Origin: Octopus vulgaris
Lineage: Eukaryota
Assembly (NCBI GenBank): GCA_951406725.2
Contig: OX597839.1
Coordinates: forward strand, 16,802,001 to 16,866,000
Length of the DNA: 64,000 bases
Reading direction: 5' to 3'
Of the stretch, positions 1 through 15,480 are shown piece by piece. The stretch's first letter is position 1. Every line of letters begins with the position of its first letter. Under the pieces are notes generated by a model. That model was not told the DNA's origin. It searched no databases and was given only the letters and a program-made list of their open reading frames with translations. The translations under genes and the position numbers were made by a program.

Positions 1-77
1 GGTGCCCCAGCATGGCCGCGGCCTTCGGGCTAAAACATTTTTAAGGATTTAAGGATTTATATATAAATATATACATG

Positions 78-175
<98 letters not shown>

Positions 176-204
176 CGAGAAAGAAGCAACAAGAATGGAT
201 AAGT

Positions 205-295
205 TTTTAGTACAATCGTTTCATACAAAGACAGGCTTTATTAAAAGTTGCAAAAATTGCAGCATATAAACGTGTCCCATACTCATCAGCTAAAA
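205..295 (-). ncRNA. Type I hammerhead ribozyme (inverted pLTR arm)
   Basis: Minus strand: UUUUAG-CUGAUGA-GUAU...GUAU-GAAA-CGAUUG-UA^CUAAAA. Core intact, 6-bp stem I. Confidence 0.85.
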
Positions 296-678
296 TACAT
301 GTGAGCTCTCTAGACATCTTAGTGGTTGTGAACACAATGAGGTAGGTATCAATTCTTGCTATATGATTAGGTATTTGCCACATTAATCACATTACTGCTA
401 TTTTCAAGAGACTGTAGCTATTTGACTTTTAAAGGCTGAAGGGCTTTCTAGAGAGGCAAATAACAGAAAGGGAAGGAAAGAGAGGAAAAGAGAGACAATA
501 AAGGAGGAGGGAGCAAAAAGGGGGGGGGAAACTAAAAGAAAAGAGAAAAGGAAAAAGAAAAAAGAGAGAAAAGAGAATAAGAAGAAGAAAAAGAAAAAAG
601 AGAAAAGAGAAAGAAAAGAAAGAGGGAAAGAAGGGAGAAGAGAAAAAGAAAAAGAGGGTTCTAGGAGTTGTTCCTCCT

Positions 679-1104
679 GTGTGTAAGTGTAGAATAAAAT
701 CAAAATGCCCGGCACCTGGTCTATGCGGGGAAAATAACGTAATCTATAAATGTACCATATCCACGGAGAATAACAAATATTTTTATATTGGATGTACAAT
801 TAATTTTCTAGCCAGAATTAGAAACCACATCTCGTCTTTTAAATTACGTCATAAAGCTGGTACCACCACACTTTCAAACAAAATCTGGGAACTCAAAAAT
901 AATAACAATAATTATAACCTTAATTGGGAAATAGTTAGGAGAGCAATTCCGTATAAAAATAGCAGGGTTGGTTGCCAACTATGCTCCATGGAGACGTATG
1001 AAATTCTAAAGCATAGAAAACATAGAAACTTATTGAATAACCATATCGAACTAGGTCAAGTTTGTGTCCACGCTAAATTGAAAACTTTAAAATATTTTAA
1101 ATGA
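679..1104 (+). CDS. PLE C-terminal GIY-YIG endonuclease (5'-truncated ORF remnant)
   Basis: CKCR..CP..G.C linker, then NVIYKC...YIGCT..F..R..NH...F, L.W.I, C.LC..E...I and LLN...E...C.H. This is the GIY-YIG layout of PLEs. Confidence 0.88.
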   Translation: MCKCRIKSKCPAPGLCGENNVIYKCTISTENNKYFYIGCTINFLARIRNHISSFKLRHKAGTTTLSNKIWELKNNNNNYNLNWEIVRRAIPYKNSRVGCQLCSMETYEILKHRKHRNLLNNHIELGQVCVHAKLKTLKYFK

Positions 1105-2225
1105 TTAGAATATTCGTAACTAGATAGATAGATAGATATAACTTGATTTTTACTAGTATAGCACTGCTTTAAGTAGATAACTAAGAGTTCTCACACTACA
1201 GTTATCTTTTTCCTTATATCTGCACCAGATTTTTGAGAACAGGGAAATAAATAGTACTTGTACGCTGCTTAAATGAAGCTTTATCTAATTTCAAATTCAT
1301 AATTTTAAATCTTAATTTTAAATCTTAATTTTAATTTTGAATTTTTAATTCTTAACTTAATCTAATTTAAGTAACATAACTTTAATAAAATAAAATAAGT
1401 TACTAAAGCCTCATAATTCTATTTCAAAATTAAATAAATAAGGCTACTCCCTCAATGATAGTATGAATATCTTCATTATGATAGACAATTCCCTAACACC
1501 TTGTAAATGATCTTCTAAGATTTGACCTGTAGTCAGTCAATGTATAAATAATAACGGCAACTCCTTAAGACAGTAAAACGAATAAATTAGATAAATAAAT
1601 TTTAATGACTTTTTGATAAGATTATACTTAGATTTTCCTAATGTATTTTCTTTTGATTTTAGCCTTCGACCCCTATACCCCTGATCTTGTTATCTCTTTA
1701 GATTCTCTTTAAATTCATAGCTGCTTTCAACAGCGTCACATTAGCAATAAATTAGATGTTTTACTGGTCAAGGAATAATATTCTCCTCTAGTTCCTAGAT
1801 GCCTGCAAATTAAAACCAGACTTGCCGTCTACTAATTCTTCTGTATAACTAGAACCCTCTTTTTCTTTTTCTCTTCTCCCTTCTTTCCCTCTTTCTTTTC
1901 TTTCTCTTTTCTCTTTTTTCTTTTTCTTCTTCTTATTCTCTTTTCTCTCTTTTTTCTTTTTTCTTTTTCCTTTTCTCTTTTCTATTAGTCTCCCCCCCCC
2001 CTTTTTGCTCCCTCCTCCTTTATTGTCTCTCTTTTCCTCTCTTTCCTTCCCTTTCTGTTATTTGCCTCTCTAGAAAGCCCTTCAGCCTTTAAAAGTCAAA
2101 TAGCTACAGTCTCTTGAAAATAGCAGTAATGTGATTAATGTGGCAAATACCTAATCATATAGCAAGAATTGATACCTACCTCATTGTGTTCACAACCACT
2201 AAGATGTCTAGAGAGCTCACATGTA

Positions 2226-2316
2226 TTTTAGCTGATGAGTACGGGACACGTTTATATGCTGCAATTTTTGCAACTTTTAATAAAGCCTGTCTTTGTATGA
2301 AACGATTGTACTAAAA
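2226..2316 (+). ncRNA. Type I hammerhead ribozyme (pLTR), predicted cleavage after 2310
   Basis: Stem I UUUUAG/CUAAAA; CUGAUGA 2232-2238; long stem II GUACGGGACA/UGUCUUUGUAU; GAAA 2299-2302; short near-palindromic stem III CGAUUG; GUA triplet. Confidence 0.9.
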
Positions 2317-2456
2317 ACTTATCCATTCTTGTTGCTTCTTTCTCGCTTATAATCACCCCACATTACTGTATGGTTAAAACCGTATAGTTTTTTGGTGCAT
2401 CTAAGTTAGGTACCATATTCAAGTAAATTCATTAAAATTGACTTGAATCTTTATTG

Positions 2457-3826
<1,370 letters not shown>

Positions 3827-6800
3827 TCATCATCATCATCATCATCGTTTAACGTCCGCTTTCCATGCTAGCATGGGTTGGACGGTTCAACTGGGGTCTG
3901 GGAAGCCCGAAGGCTGCACCAGGCCAGTCAGATGTGGCAGTGTTTCTACAGCTGGATGCCCTTCCTAACGCCAACCACTCCGAGAGTGTAGTGGGTGATT
4001 TTATGTGCCACCGACACAGGTGCCAGACGAGGCTGGCAGACGGCCACGCTCGGATAGTGTTTTTTATGTGCCACCGACACAGGTGCCAGACGAGGCTGGC
4101 AGACGGCCACGCTCGGATGGTGTTTTTTATGTGCCACCGACACAGGTGCTAGACGAGGCTGGCAGACGGCCACGCTCGGATGGTGTTTTCTTATGTGTCA
4201 CCGACACAGGTGCTAGACGAGGCTGGCGGACTCCCACGCTCGGATGGTGTTTGTTACGTGCCCTCAGCACGGAGGCCAGTCATTGCGGTACTGGCTACGG
4301 TCACGTTCGGATGGTTTTCTTATGTGCCACCGGCACTGGTACCACAAGGATACAAATTCCATTGATGTTCATCTATTTTGATTTGGTTCGATTTGATTTG
4401 ATACGATTCGATTCGATTCTCACTTGCCTCAACAGGTCTTCACAAGTGTCACAAGAAGGAAGGTATGCACAGGTGGACTGACTACGTCCCAGGTAGGGGC
4501 CACGGATTATGGCTTCACTAGTCTTGCCGGGTCTTCTCACGCACAGCATACTTCCATAGGTCTCGGTCTCTAGTCATTTCCATGGTGAGACCTAACGTCC
4601 GAAGGTCGTGCTTCACCACCTCGTCCCAGGTTTTCCTGGGTCTACCTCTTCCACGGGTTCCCTCAACTGCTAGGGATTGGAACTTTCTCACACACCTCTC
4701 TTCATCCATTCTCGCCACATGACCATACCAGCGCAATCGTCTCTCTTGCACACAACAACTGATGCTTCTTAGGTACAACATTTCTCTCAAGGTACTAACG
4801 CTCTGTCGAGTAAGTACACTGACATTACACATCCATCGGAGCATACTGGCTTCGTTCCTCACGAGCTTACGCATGTCCTCAGCAGTCACGGCCCATGTTT
4901 CACTGCCATGTAGCATAGCTGTTCGTACACATGCATCATACAGTCTGCCTTTAATTCTGAGCGAGAGGCCTTTAGTCACCAGCAGAGGTAAGAGCTCCCT
5001 AAACTTTGCCCAGGCTATTCTTATTCTAGCAGTTACACTTTCAGCGCACCCACCCCCACTACTGACTTGGTCACCTAGATAGCGGAAACTATCAACTACT
5101 TCTAGTTTTTCCCCCGGAAAGTGACAGAAGTTGTTTTCTGCAGATTTTCGGAGGTCAGTGCTCCAGAGCACCTGCCACATACAAAAACTATCTTCCCAGT
5201 TAGCCTACCTTTGACATTGCTGCACCTCTTATGTGTCCATAGCTTACACTGGGTACATCTTATAGAGTTTCTACCTACACCTTTTCTACAGATCGAGCAG
5301 GGCCATCTTCCTGATGATATTTGTGGGTTTTCTACCTTTCTACTTATTAGTACTTTGGTTTTAGCTAGGTTGACTCTAAGGCCCCTCGATTCTAAACCCT
5401 CCTTCCACACCTGGAACTTCTCCTCCAGTTCTGATAGTGACTCAGCGATTAGAGCGAGGTCGTCAGCATAGAGGAGCTCCCAGGGGCAACCTGTCTTGAA
5501 TTCCTCCGTTATTGCCTGGAGGACTATGATAAATAGGAGGGGGCTGAGTACTGAACCCTGGTGGACCCCAACCTCTACTTTGAATTCTTCTGTGTACATG
5601 TTGCCAACTCTAACCTTACTTACGGCATCTCTGTACATGGCTTGCACAGCCCTCACCAGCCATTCATCTATCCCTAGTTTCCTCATTGACCACCAGATGA
5701 GGGATCGGGGGACCCTATCAAAGGCTTTCTCCATGTCAACAAAAGCCAGGTACAGGGACTTATCCTTGGCTAGGTATTTCTCCTGCAGCTGCCTTACCAG
5801 GAATATAGCATCAGTGGTGCTTTTCCCTGGGACAAACCCAAACTGCATCTCATCTAAACTAACTCTCTCTCTAATTAGTTGGGCTAAGACCCTCTCCGTA
5901 ACCTTCATTACCTGATCCAACAGCTTGATACCTCTGTAATTATTTGTATCCAGGGCATCACCTTTACCTTTGTAGCAGTTGACTAGTATGCTGCTACACC
6001 AGTCATTGGGTATGACTCCTCCGTGTATCACCTGGTTGACTATACGGGTGACTAGGTTATAGCCGACACTGCCAGATATTTTGAGCATCTCTGCAGTAAT
6101 TCCTGATGGGCCTGGGGCTTTCCCTGTCTTCATGCTTCTAATTGCCTTAGCTACCACGGAACTATCAACTCGGATAGCTGGTCCCTCTGTTGGGTCAACA
6201 TTTGGCAGACTCTCTTTATCCCATTCATTTTCTTTATTCAGCAAACTTTCATAGTGGCATCTCCAAACCTCTCTCTTTGCATCCTCATTTAGCGCAAGTG
6301 AACCATCATCCATGCGAACACACTTCTCTCCTACCACATCACGATTCTCTCTCACACACTGTCTTGCAACACGAAATACCTCAAGTCTTTCATCCTCACG
6401 GCTCAGAACATTGGCAAATTTTTTCTTATCCGCTTCCCCTCTGGCTATATAAACCTGTCTCCTAGCTTCCCTTTTGGCTGTCTGATACAATTCCCTGCTA
6501 CCACCGTTCTTCCAGTCCTTCCAAGCCTGTCTCTTTTGTCTAATAGCCCCGTCAACCACCGTGTTCCACCACCATGTTACTCTGGGTCGAGATGGTACTT
6601 TGCTCCATCCACAGATCTGGTCAGTGGCTGTCAGCAGATTGTCCCGTAGGAATCTCCAGTTGTCTTCCACATTAAGTGAAGCTATATCCCCTTCTATTTC
6701 GTCAGAGGCTTCGAGTAGTATGTCTCTAAATCTCTGTGCATTTGCAGGATCTTTAAGCTTCCAGACCCTTCTCCTCCAAGCTGGTCTTCTTCTGGGCGAC

Positions 6801-6846
6801 CATTTAGCTCTGATCCTGAAGTCGCTAACTACTAATCTATGTTGGG
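3827..6846 (-). mobile_element. RTE-clade LINE, 5'-truncated, (ATG)n tail, ~63-bp VNTR in the 3'UTR
   Basis: ORF runs from the endonuclease end (QHRLVV) through RT ([25 protein letters not shown]) to RRLRWYGHV...RGRPRKTW. The tail reads (CAT)n on + at 3827-3846. Four ~63-bp units lie at 4001-4260. Confidence 0.95.
4518..6846 (-). pseudogene. RTE reverse transcriptase ORF with one frameshift near 5110
   Basis: Track ORFs 5102..7099 and 4518..5180 join across ...TF(R)[15 protein letters not shown]. The N-terminal IY stretch of the track ORF is microsatellite. Confidence 0.9.
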
Positions 6847-7906
<1,060 letters not shown>

Positions 7907-8483
7907 TACTACAAAATTAGAAAATGGAGAAACATACTTAAATCAATCAAATATCAACCATCAGATGATACCCAATCAATACTTTATTACACCATTACAT
8001 AATAGTAAAGGCATTATACAAAATATATAGTAAATATAATTAGACAATGAAATAGACATATAAAATATAATATATAATTATATCATATCTGATCTTTATA
8101 ACAAATATTTTATGGAAATATGTGAGTGGATCTCTTTAGTTAATTTAGTGGCATGGTTGTCGTTTTGAGAGGCTGGATGGCTGCATAGCTAGGATTATAC
8201 CTCTTTTATTATTTATTTATTTATGTGTTTGACGTTGTTTGTGGATATGTATGAGTGTATGTGTGTATGTATACATATAACTATGTATGTGCGATTGATC
8301 TGTGGATGTGCGTGTGCGTATGTGCGTTTCTTGACTAACTAACCGTAAAATTTCTTTTGTGATTCAAATTTTAAACTATAAGCCAATCGAATTAATCTAG
8401 AATAATCAATATCAAGCGGACAGAATAATCAGACTCATAGATATGTCGATGTCTGATGGATGTACTTGGTACAGACATAATTG

Positions 8484-8530
<47 letters not shown>

Positions 8531-9322
8531 ATTAATAGTAATTTTTATTGACTTTTACAGGTTTATAATTTTATGAACTGAACTGTGTGTTTTTTTATTA
8601 TTTTTCATGTATAGGTCTGATTTTAATTTAAATGTGAGTGTGCATATATTTTCCTGTGTGTTAGTTTTTGGAACTAGTAGCCCAATATGTAGAATAACTG
8701 TGTTTGTTAATATATATTGATATATTTTGTTTTGTTTATTTTGTATTATTGTATTAATGAGTATATATATATATGTGTAGTATTATGAGTGTCTATGCAC
8801 ACGTTTTTATATTTTATATTTATATGTATAAAAAAATTTTTTTCATACTTATAATAAATTAAATTCTCTGAAGAGGCCGTGGGGCATCCTTGTTAATGTC
8901 TCATTTATACCTGCCTTATATGGCTTATAGGTTAAATGAGGCATGCTTGCCCTTACGGCCGAAACAGCTGTCAGATATGATATAATTATATATTATATTT
9001 TATATTTTATATGTCTATTTCATTGTCTAATTATATTTACTATATATTTTGTATAATGCCTTTACTGTTATGTAATGGTGTAATAAAGTATTGATTGGGT
9101 ATCATCTGATGGTTGATATTTGATTGATTTAAGTATGTTTCTCCATTTTCTAATTTTGTAGTATTAATTTACGGTAATATTTTTACCTTTGCCCACATAA
9201 TACAGTAGATGAATTAATTGCATGGCAATTTTTAACATTTATGTATTAGTATAGCAGTATATTGGATATATGTTATCCCATGGTGGGTTGAATTTTCAAC
9301 CCCTATCTCATTTTATGACCGA
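7907..9322 (+). mobile_element. Non-coding PLE pLTR insertion with inverted end copy
   Basis: Inverted repeat 7907-8092 vs 8971-9164, unpaired tail 9165-9322, hammerhead at 8865-8975, (TA)n on both flanks. Confidence 0.85.
8865..8975 (+). ncRNA. Type I hammerhead ribozyme, predicted cleavage after 8972
   Basis: UCU-CUGAAGA-GGCCGUGGGGCA...UGCCCUUACGGCC-GAAA-CAGCUG-UC^AGA. Palindromic stem III, GUC triplet, inner helix UCAUUUA/UAAAUGA. Confidence 0.9.
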
Positions 9323-9443
9323 TATATATATATATATATACACACATGTATGTATGTGTATAAATATATGTATATGTATATATATTGTATCTGTTTGTTT
9401 TGTACACCACCTGTCTTCGTCTTTTGTTTTTTTCGTAAACTCT

Positions 9444-9506
<63 letters not shown>

Positions 9507-11034
9507 GTATGTATATATATGCTTGTACTCCTCCCTACAACACTTCACCCACATGCACCTCACTACTCCCACCACCATCAACACTGTCACCTTCTTTGCT
9601 ATGTCTGGAAGCATCTGTGTGGTTGCTCGACCAGTTAGAAATAGCCAAGCAGGAAAATCTTCAAATAATTCATGCTGGATCTAGCAGTCCTGAGCTTTTA
9701 ACCTCCACGTAGGAATAAGAGGTGATGGTCACAGTTGGAATGCCTTTGCTCATAGATCTGCTTGATCTGGGCTGATTTTGTGGCTGTGGTGTTGGTGTTG
9801 TGAGGTGTGTGTGTTGGGGCTAAGCAGCAACAACAACAGAAACAAGAACCTTTGAGGGAACCTTTATAATGGCAATTTGACTGGCTAAAAATAGCAGCCA
9901 AGACCCTTGCTAAAGACTACTTATAGCCCTTGGGGTAATAAAATAAATAAAAAAAGAGCCGAATATATTGAATAATGTAGTCTTAGATACACTGTCTGAA
10001 TAATGGATGGGATAGTCGTGGGTGGAACTCATTTGATTATAAATTTGCTCCTTAATTGTTGAATTGGGGATAAATAACCATAACACCAGAAATAATATGA
10101 CTACCTCTATCAACACCACCACCACAAGGAATATGACGACAACATTGATGATGACCTCTACCACTACCATGACGATGACCACCACCACCTGTAGTAGTTT
10201 ATTCCCACTCATTTGATCTGAACAATGTGCTCAGTGAACTGTGTTAAAAGAAGTAGTTTTGTTCGATTGTTCTATGAGAGTTTGATGTTATCTGAATGTA
10301 TAACAACACCAACAACAATATGAAGAACAAAATGGAATGTGTTACGTGGAATTTACACACAAACACTACATGTTGATATTGACAACACAACAAACTGACT
10401 GACTGCAATGTTGTGCATCTCCTGTTGCCAGGTATAAAAGGCGGAACAGGATAAACATTGCTGCATCAGTAAGTTGGAGAGAAAGTTTCTTAATGCCATT
10501 GGTGAGAGATAGGGGCATGCAATTGTGCCTGCATGACATTTAGGGACCTATAGGGATATATGTGTCACTTTCGGGGAGACTTAAGTGTCTGTAATGTGAA
10601 AGGGATGCACTTATATGTTCCTTATACCTTTGGGATGTGAGATTGGAAACAGAAGAAAATGGAGTTGGGAATGTACAGAAATAGACTTGGCTACCCAGAG
10701 GCCAGAGTAAGCAAAACAAATTAGTGAATGCTTAAAAGTGTGTTATTAAGCATCATTATTGAATTTAATTTATGATTATGAAGGTTGCATTGCAGAAAAA
10801 GAAGACGTTTACTGTATACACACACACACAACACACACACATGCATATAAATATGTTTAATTAATAGAGAGAGAGAGAAGCAGTATTAACATAAAAAGGT
10901 AATCTTCATCATGTAACCCTCCCACACACACAGATATATGGAATATATTATATACACACACCCACACACACACACACATAAATATGAATATATATATATA
11001 TATATATATATATTTAAAAAAATAATAATGAAAT

Positions 11035-11690
11035 TATTGTGTACAATGCTCAGGTGCACCACAACTTGCCAGAAAGTGCATATAAAGTGTATGCAGTAAT
11101 GTACAAATGTCTGGAAAGCAAACAATGTATGAGTCAGATACATGTTTGCGTGTGTATGGAGGGGAGAAAATCAGGTGTAGTGTTGGCGAATCTCAGGAAG
11201 CATGGAAGTTTTGAAGGATGCAGTGCTCTGGCAACTAACAACTGATGCCGGCAGTTTGTTCCATACTTCAGCAACTCTCAGCGTGAAAAAATGTTTCCGA
11301 AAGTCATGGGAGCTGTGCTGTTTTCTGACTTTGTAAACATGTCCACGGGTGTTAGACAGGTGGAGTTTGAAAAGGTGCTCAGAGTTATTGTTTGTAAGAT
11401 GGCTAATAATTTTATGGATGTCTGCCAAGTCAGCTGCCAGATGTCAGAGTTCCAATGTGTCCATGCCCAAGGAAGTAAGGCGTTCAGGATATGGCAAATG
11501 CCTGATGGAGGGTATTCTCTTGGTTGCACGTCGCTGAACGGTTTCCAGACGGTTAATATCCTGGAAAAGATAGGGGTTCCAGACCAGTGATGCAAATTCC
11601 AGGTGAAGTCGCACCATAGCTATATAAAGCCACAGATAGATAGACGGAGAGCGGCTCACAAAGGACTTGGTGAGTGATACCAGTTGGTAT
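11035..11690 (-). mobile_element. CR1-type LINE 3' fragment (frameshifted)
   Basis: YIAMVRLHLEFASLVWNPY..DI.RLE.VQRRATK..ERL, then TRGH.YK..FRKHFF.LRV..WNKLP..VV..FK. Confidence 0.85.
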
Positions 11691-13184
11691 CAGTGAAGGA
11701 CTGATGACGTTTCATTTGTTCCTTTCTGAGAGCAGCTGCATCATGTTACTGAGTATCTGTGTATCAATACTACTGTTTGACTGTCTGGTTCAATGTTGGT
11801 TTTTATCACTCATTACATCAGACTTTGATTGAGATTTCAAAACAGAACATTGAAATCTTTGCGGGTGATTTTAATGAAAGAGATGGCCGGAATGATAAAA
11901 GATGAGATCATGTATCATTGACCATGGTGTTTGGAAAACTAACAGCAATGATACTCAAACTTTTTTCTCTCTTTGTAGAGCATGACCTGACAATTACCGA
12001 CACTATCAAAAGAAAAAAGGATCTCAGTTTAGTTAGCCCAGTACATGACTGGTATCTATGACCGGTATCTGTTTTAACAATTCCAGAAGGGAAACTGTTG
12101 AAATTTACCCCAACAAGGATTTGAACACTGAAAATAAATGAAAAACAAAGCACAAGACAATCATGAATGCATTCCAGATACAAAGATTTGGAATCTTATT
12201 GGCTTGAGCCTGAACTGGTTGATCGATCACAAAGATACTCTGTGGTGATGAGACTTGAAAGTTGGATCAAACATCACATAGTACTAATAAAGACCAGATT
12301 ACAAATTCACTCCCTTACTCTGCTCCAAGAGCACCAAACATTAAGAAACACAACCGTGGTAAGATTAACATTCCTGTTACTTGTAGGGACATTCGGCACT
12401 CTCTGACATTAAAATGGTTAAAAGCACTTATCTCATTAAAAGCTGGTATGGATGGCAAATGAACCACCCTTGCTGCCACCACCACCACCACCCCTATTTA
12501 TGTTCGACATTCTGTGTTACTGCTATTGTCAAATTCATTGAATTGAAGATGAAATAAATATCAAGCCTGGCTTCGGTCCAGGGCTGTTGCAGAAGATACT
12601 TACCCAAGATGCTACATCATGGGATAGAACTCAAAACCATCATCATCAACATCATCATTTAATATCTGTTCTTAATGTTGGCATGGAGCTGGTCAGCTGG
12701 AGAGCTGCACCAGGCTCCAACTGTCTGGTTAGCATGGTTTCTATGACTGGATACCCTTCCTAATATCAACCACTTTACAGAGGGTGCCGGGCACTTTTTA
12801 TGCGACACTATGACCCCTGCGTTTTATCTAGTACCAGCACCACTGTTATTTACATGGTACAATGAGCTTTTTAACCACACAACCATGCCTGCACCTATTA
12901 TTCATAGAAATGTTTAAATTCGAAATTTCTAATGGATAAAGTAGTGTTGTAGAGTGATTGGTGCCAGGAGACAGAGAGTGGTAAAAGAAATTGGTGAGGT
13001 GTGGTATGAGGAGTTTGTGAGCTGTATGATGAGGGAAGGAGTGAAAGGGAAGTTGGCAAAAAGCTTGTAGGGATGTCTCAGTTAGTTAAAAAGGAAGGGA
13101 GGGAGGGAGGTGGTGAAGTCTGGATCAAGTGATGTAGAAGCTAGAATGTGAGTTTGGATATGGACAGAAAGATGAATACATAAT

Positions 13185-14390
13185 AATCCTTTCTACTGTA
13201 GGCACAAGGCCTGAAATTTTTTTTTTGTTGGGGGTAGTAAGTCGGTCACACTGACCCCAGTACTTGACTGGTACTTAATTTATCGACCCCGAAAGGATGA
13301 AAGGCTAAGTCGACCTGAGTGAAATTTGAATTCAGAAGAATAATAATGGTTTCGTTATTTGGCACTAGGCCAACAGTTTTGGAGGAGAGAGTGAGGTGAT
13401 TACATTGACTCCAATGTTCAACTGGTAATTATTTTATTGACCTCGAAAGGATGAAAGGAAAAGTTGACCTCAGCAGAATCTGAACTCAGAATGTAAAGAC
13501 AGATGAAATTCTGCTAAGCATTTCACCCAGCATAATAACAACTTTGCCTGCTCATCACCTTAAGATGTGTACATAATAATTATTTCAAATTTTTTCCACA
13601 AGGGTAGCTTGGGGGAGGTGGGGATGAGTTGATTACATCAACCCCAGTGTTCAACTGGTACTTATTTTATTGACCCCGAAAGGACAAAAGGGAAAGTCGA
13701 TCTTGGCAGGATTTGAACTCAGAACGTAGCAATGGGCGAAATACCGCTAAGCATTTTGTCCTGTATGTTAGCGATTCTTTTCTACTCTAGGCACAAGGCC
13801 CGAAATTTTGAGGGAGGGGGCCAGCTGATTAGATTGACCCCAGTACACAACTAGTGCTTAATTTGACCTTGGTAGAATTTGAACTCAGAATGTAGCAATG
13901 GGCGAAATACCGCTAAGCATTTTGTCCTGTGTGCTAGCAATTCTTTTCTACTCTAGGCACATGCTCGAAATTTTGGGGGAGGGGGCCAGTCGATTAGATT
14001 GACCCCAGTACACAACTGGTACTTGATTTATCAACCCTGATAGGATGAAAGGCAAAATCGACCTTGGTGGAATTTGAACTCAGAACGTAGTAACGGGCAA
14101 AATACTGCTCAGCATTTCATCCAGCGTGCTAACAATTCTGCCAACTCACCGCCTTAGATGTATACATAATAATGATTTTGAATGTTTGCACAAGGCCAGT
14201 AATTTCAGTCAAGGAAGTAAGTCGATTACATTGACCTCAGTATTCAACTGGTACTTATTTCATTGACCTTGAAAGGATGAAAGGAAAAGTTGGCCTTGGT
14301 GGAATTTGAACTCAGAATGTAAAGATGGACGAAATGCTGCTAGACATTTTGCCCAGCCTGCTAATGACTCGACCAGCTCACAGACTTAGA
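13185..14390 (-). mobile_element. Cluster of ~7 same-orientation tRNA-derived SINE copies (family A)
   Basis: Repeated GACCCCAGT..AACTGGTACTTA.TTTAT.GACCCCGAAAGGATGAAAGGCAAAGTCGACC..GGAATTTGAACTCAGAA block. B box GAGTTCAAATTC on the minus strand. Confidence 0.85.
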
Positions 14391-14754
14391 TGCTTACATA
14401 AGAATACTAACACACATAGTAACACATAAATACAACATGATGGAAGGAGAAAAATTACTGGTTTGTACAGGTGGCAGTGGAATGAAATCTGTCAGGAGTG
14501 GTCTGAATGTAAATTGCAGAGGGGTGGTAGAGAATGTAGAGAATGAAGGCTTTTGTAAAGAGCAATAGGAATTATAATTGCAGAATTGTCTGGAGATGGG
14601 GATGGGTATGATTGTGTTGTGGATTGGGTAAGTTGTGGGAAGGGGAAGGCGGGAATACTGAACTGAACATAGAAATCTACTTATATTTGGTGGAAAAATA
14701 TCAGGAGCAAAAAAGCAAACATTGGAAAGAAGGAAAGAAAAAAAGAAGAAAAAC

Positions 14755-14920
14755 AGTGCAGGTATGGCTGTGTGGTTAAGAAGCTTGCTTTGCAACCATG
14801 TGGTTTTGGGTTCAGTCCCACAGTGCAGCACCTTGGGCAAGGGTCTTCTACTACAGCTCTGGGTCAGCCAGTGCCTTGTAAGTGAATTTGGCTATTGGAA
14901 ACTGTGTAGAAGCTCATCGT
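14755..14920 (+). mobile_element. tRNA-derived CORE-like SINE 5' part (family B)
   Basis: TGGCTGTGTGG A box, GGTTCAGTCCC B box, CACCTTGGGCAAG core-like motif. Confidence 0.7.
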
Positions 14921-15480
14921 ATCATCATCATCATCATCATCATCCTAATTTAATGTCTGTTTTCCATGCTGGCATGGGTTGGACAGTTTGACAGGAGCTG
15001 GCCAGCTGAAGAGCCGCCCAGGCATCCTGTCCGTTTTGACATGCTTTCTAAGGCTGGACGACCATCCTAATGCCAACCACTTTACAGAGTGCACAGGGTG
15101 CATTTATGTGGCACTGGTATGGGTGCTTTTTAAGGTGGCGAGCTGGCAGAAACATTAGCACGTTGGGTGAAATGCTTAGCAGTATTTCGTCTGCCGCTAC
15201 TATCTGAGTTCAAATTCCGCCGAGGTAGACTTTGCCTTTCATCCTTTTGGGGTCGATAAATTAAGTACCAGTTACGCACTGGGGTCGATATAATCGACTT
15301 AATCCATTTGTCTGTCCTTGTTTGTCCTCTCTGTGTTTAGCCACTTGTGGGTAGTAAAGAAATAGGTATGGGTGCTTTTTATGTGGCCTCTTCACCCACA
15401 AGGTTAGGAAAGCGCAGCTGGAGAGGGATGCAGGGGACAGCCTGAATGCAAGGACAACCATACTCTTACTTAGCCTGACG
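14921..15480 (-). mobile_element. Old RTE 3' end interrupted by a family A SINE
   Basis: (CAT)n tail plus TTTCCATGCTGGCATGGGTTGGAC, shared with the other RTE ends. Confidence 0.65.
15132..15365 (+). mobile_element. Full-length family A SINE
   Basis: AAGGTGGCGAGCTGGCAGAAAC...GAGTTCAAATTCCGCCGAGG...AAAGAAATA. Near-identical to 22493-22715 and 44152-44385. Confidence 0.85.

Noticed and set aside
4001-4260. CRISPR-like regular repeats (also 17595-17840 and 23705-24420)
   Set aside because: Whole units repeat with no unique spacers and there are no cas genes. They are an RTE 3'UTR VNTR and a minisatellite.
5102-5120. Programmed -1 frameshift at GGGGGAAAAAC in the RTE ORF
   Set aside because: The heptamer is imperfect, and a 1-nt deletion in a truncated copy is simpler. 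Other full copies would decide it.
12920-14750. Very old PLE relics (12920-13180, 14420-14750, 21960-22160, 22770-22960) and an endonuclease-like GDFN relic near 11860
   Set aside because: Too decayed to support without an HMM search.
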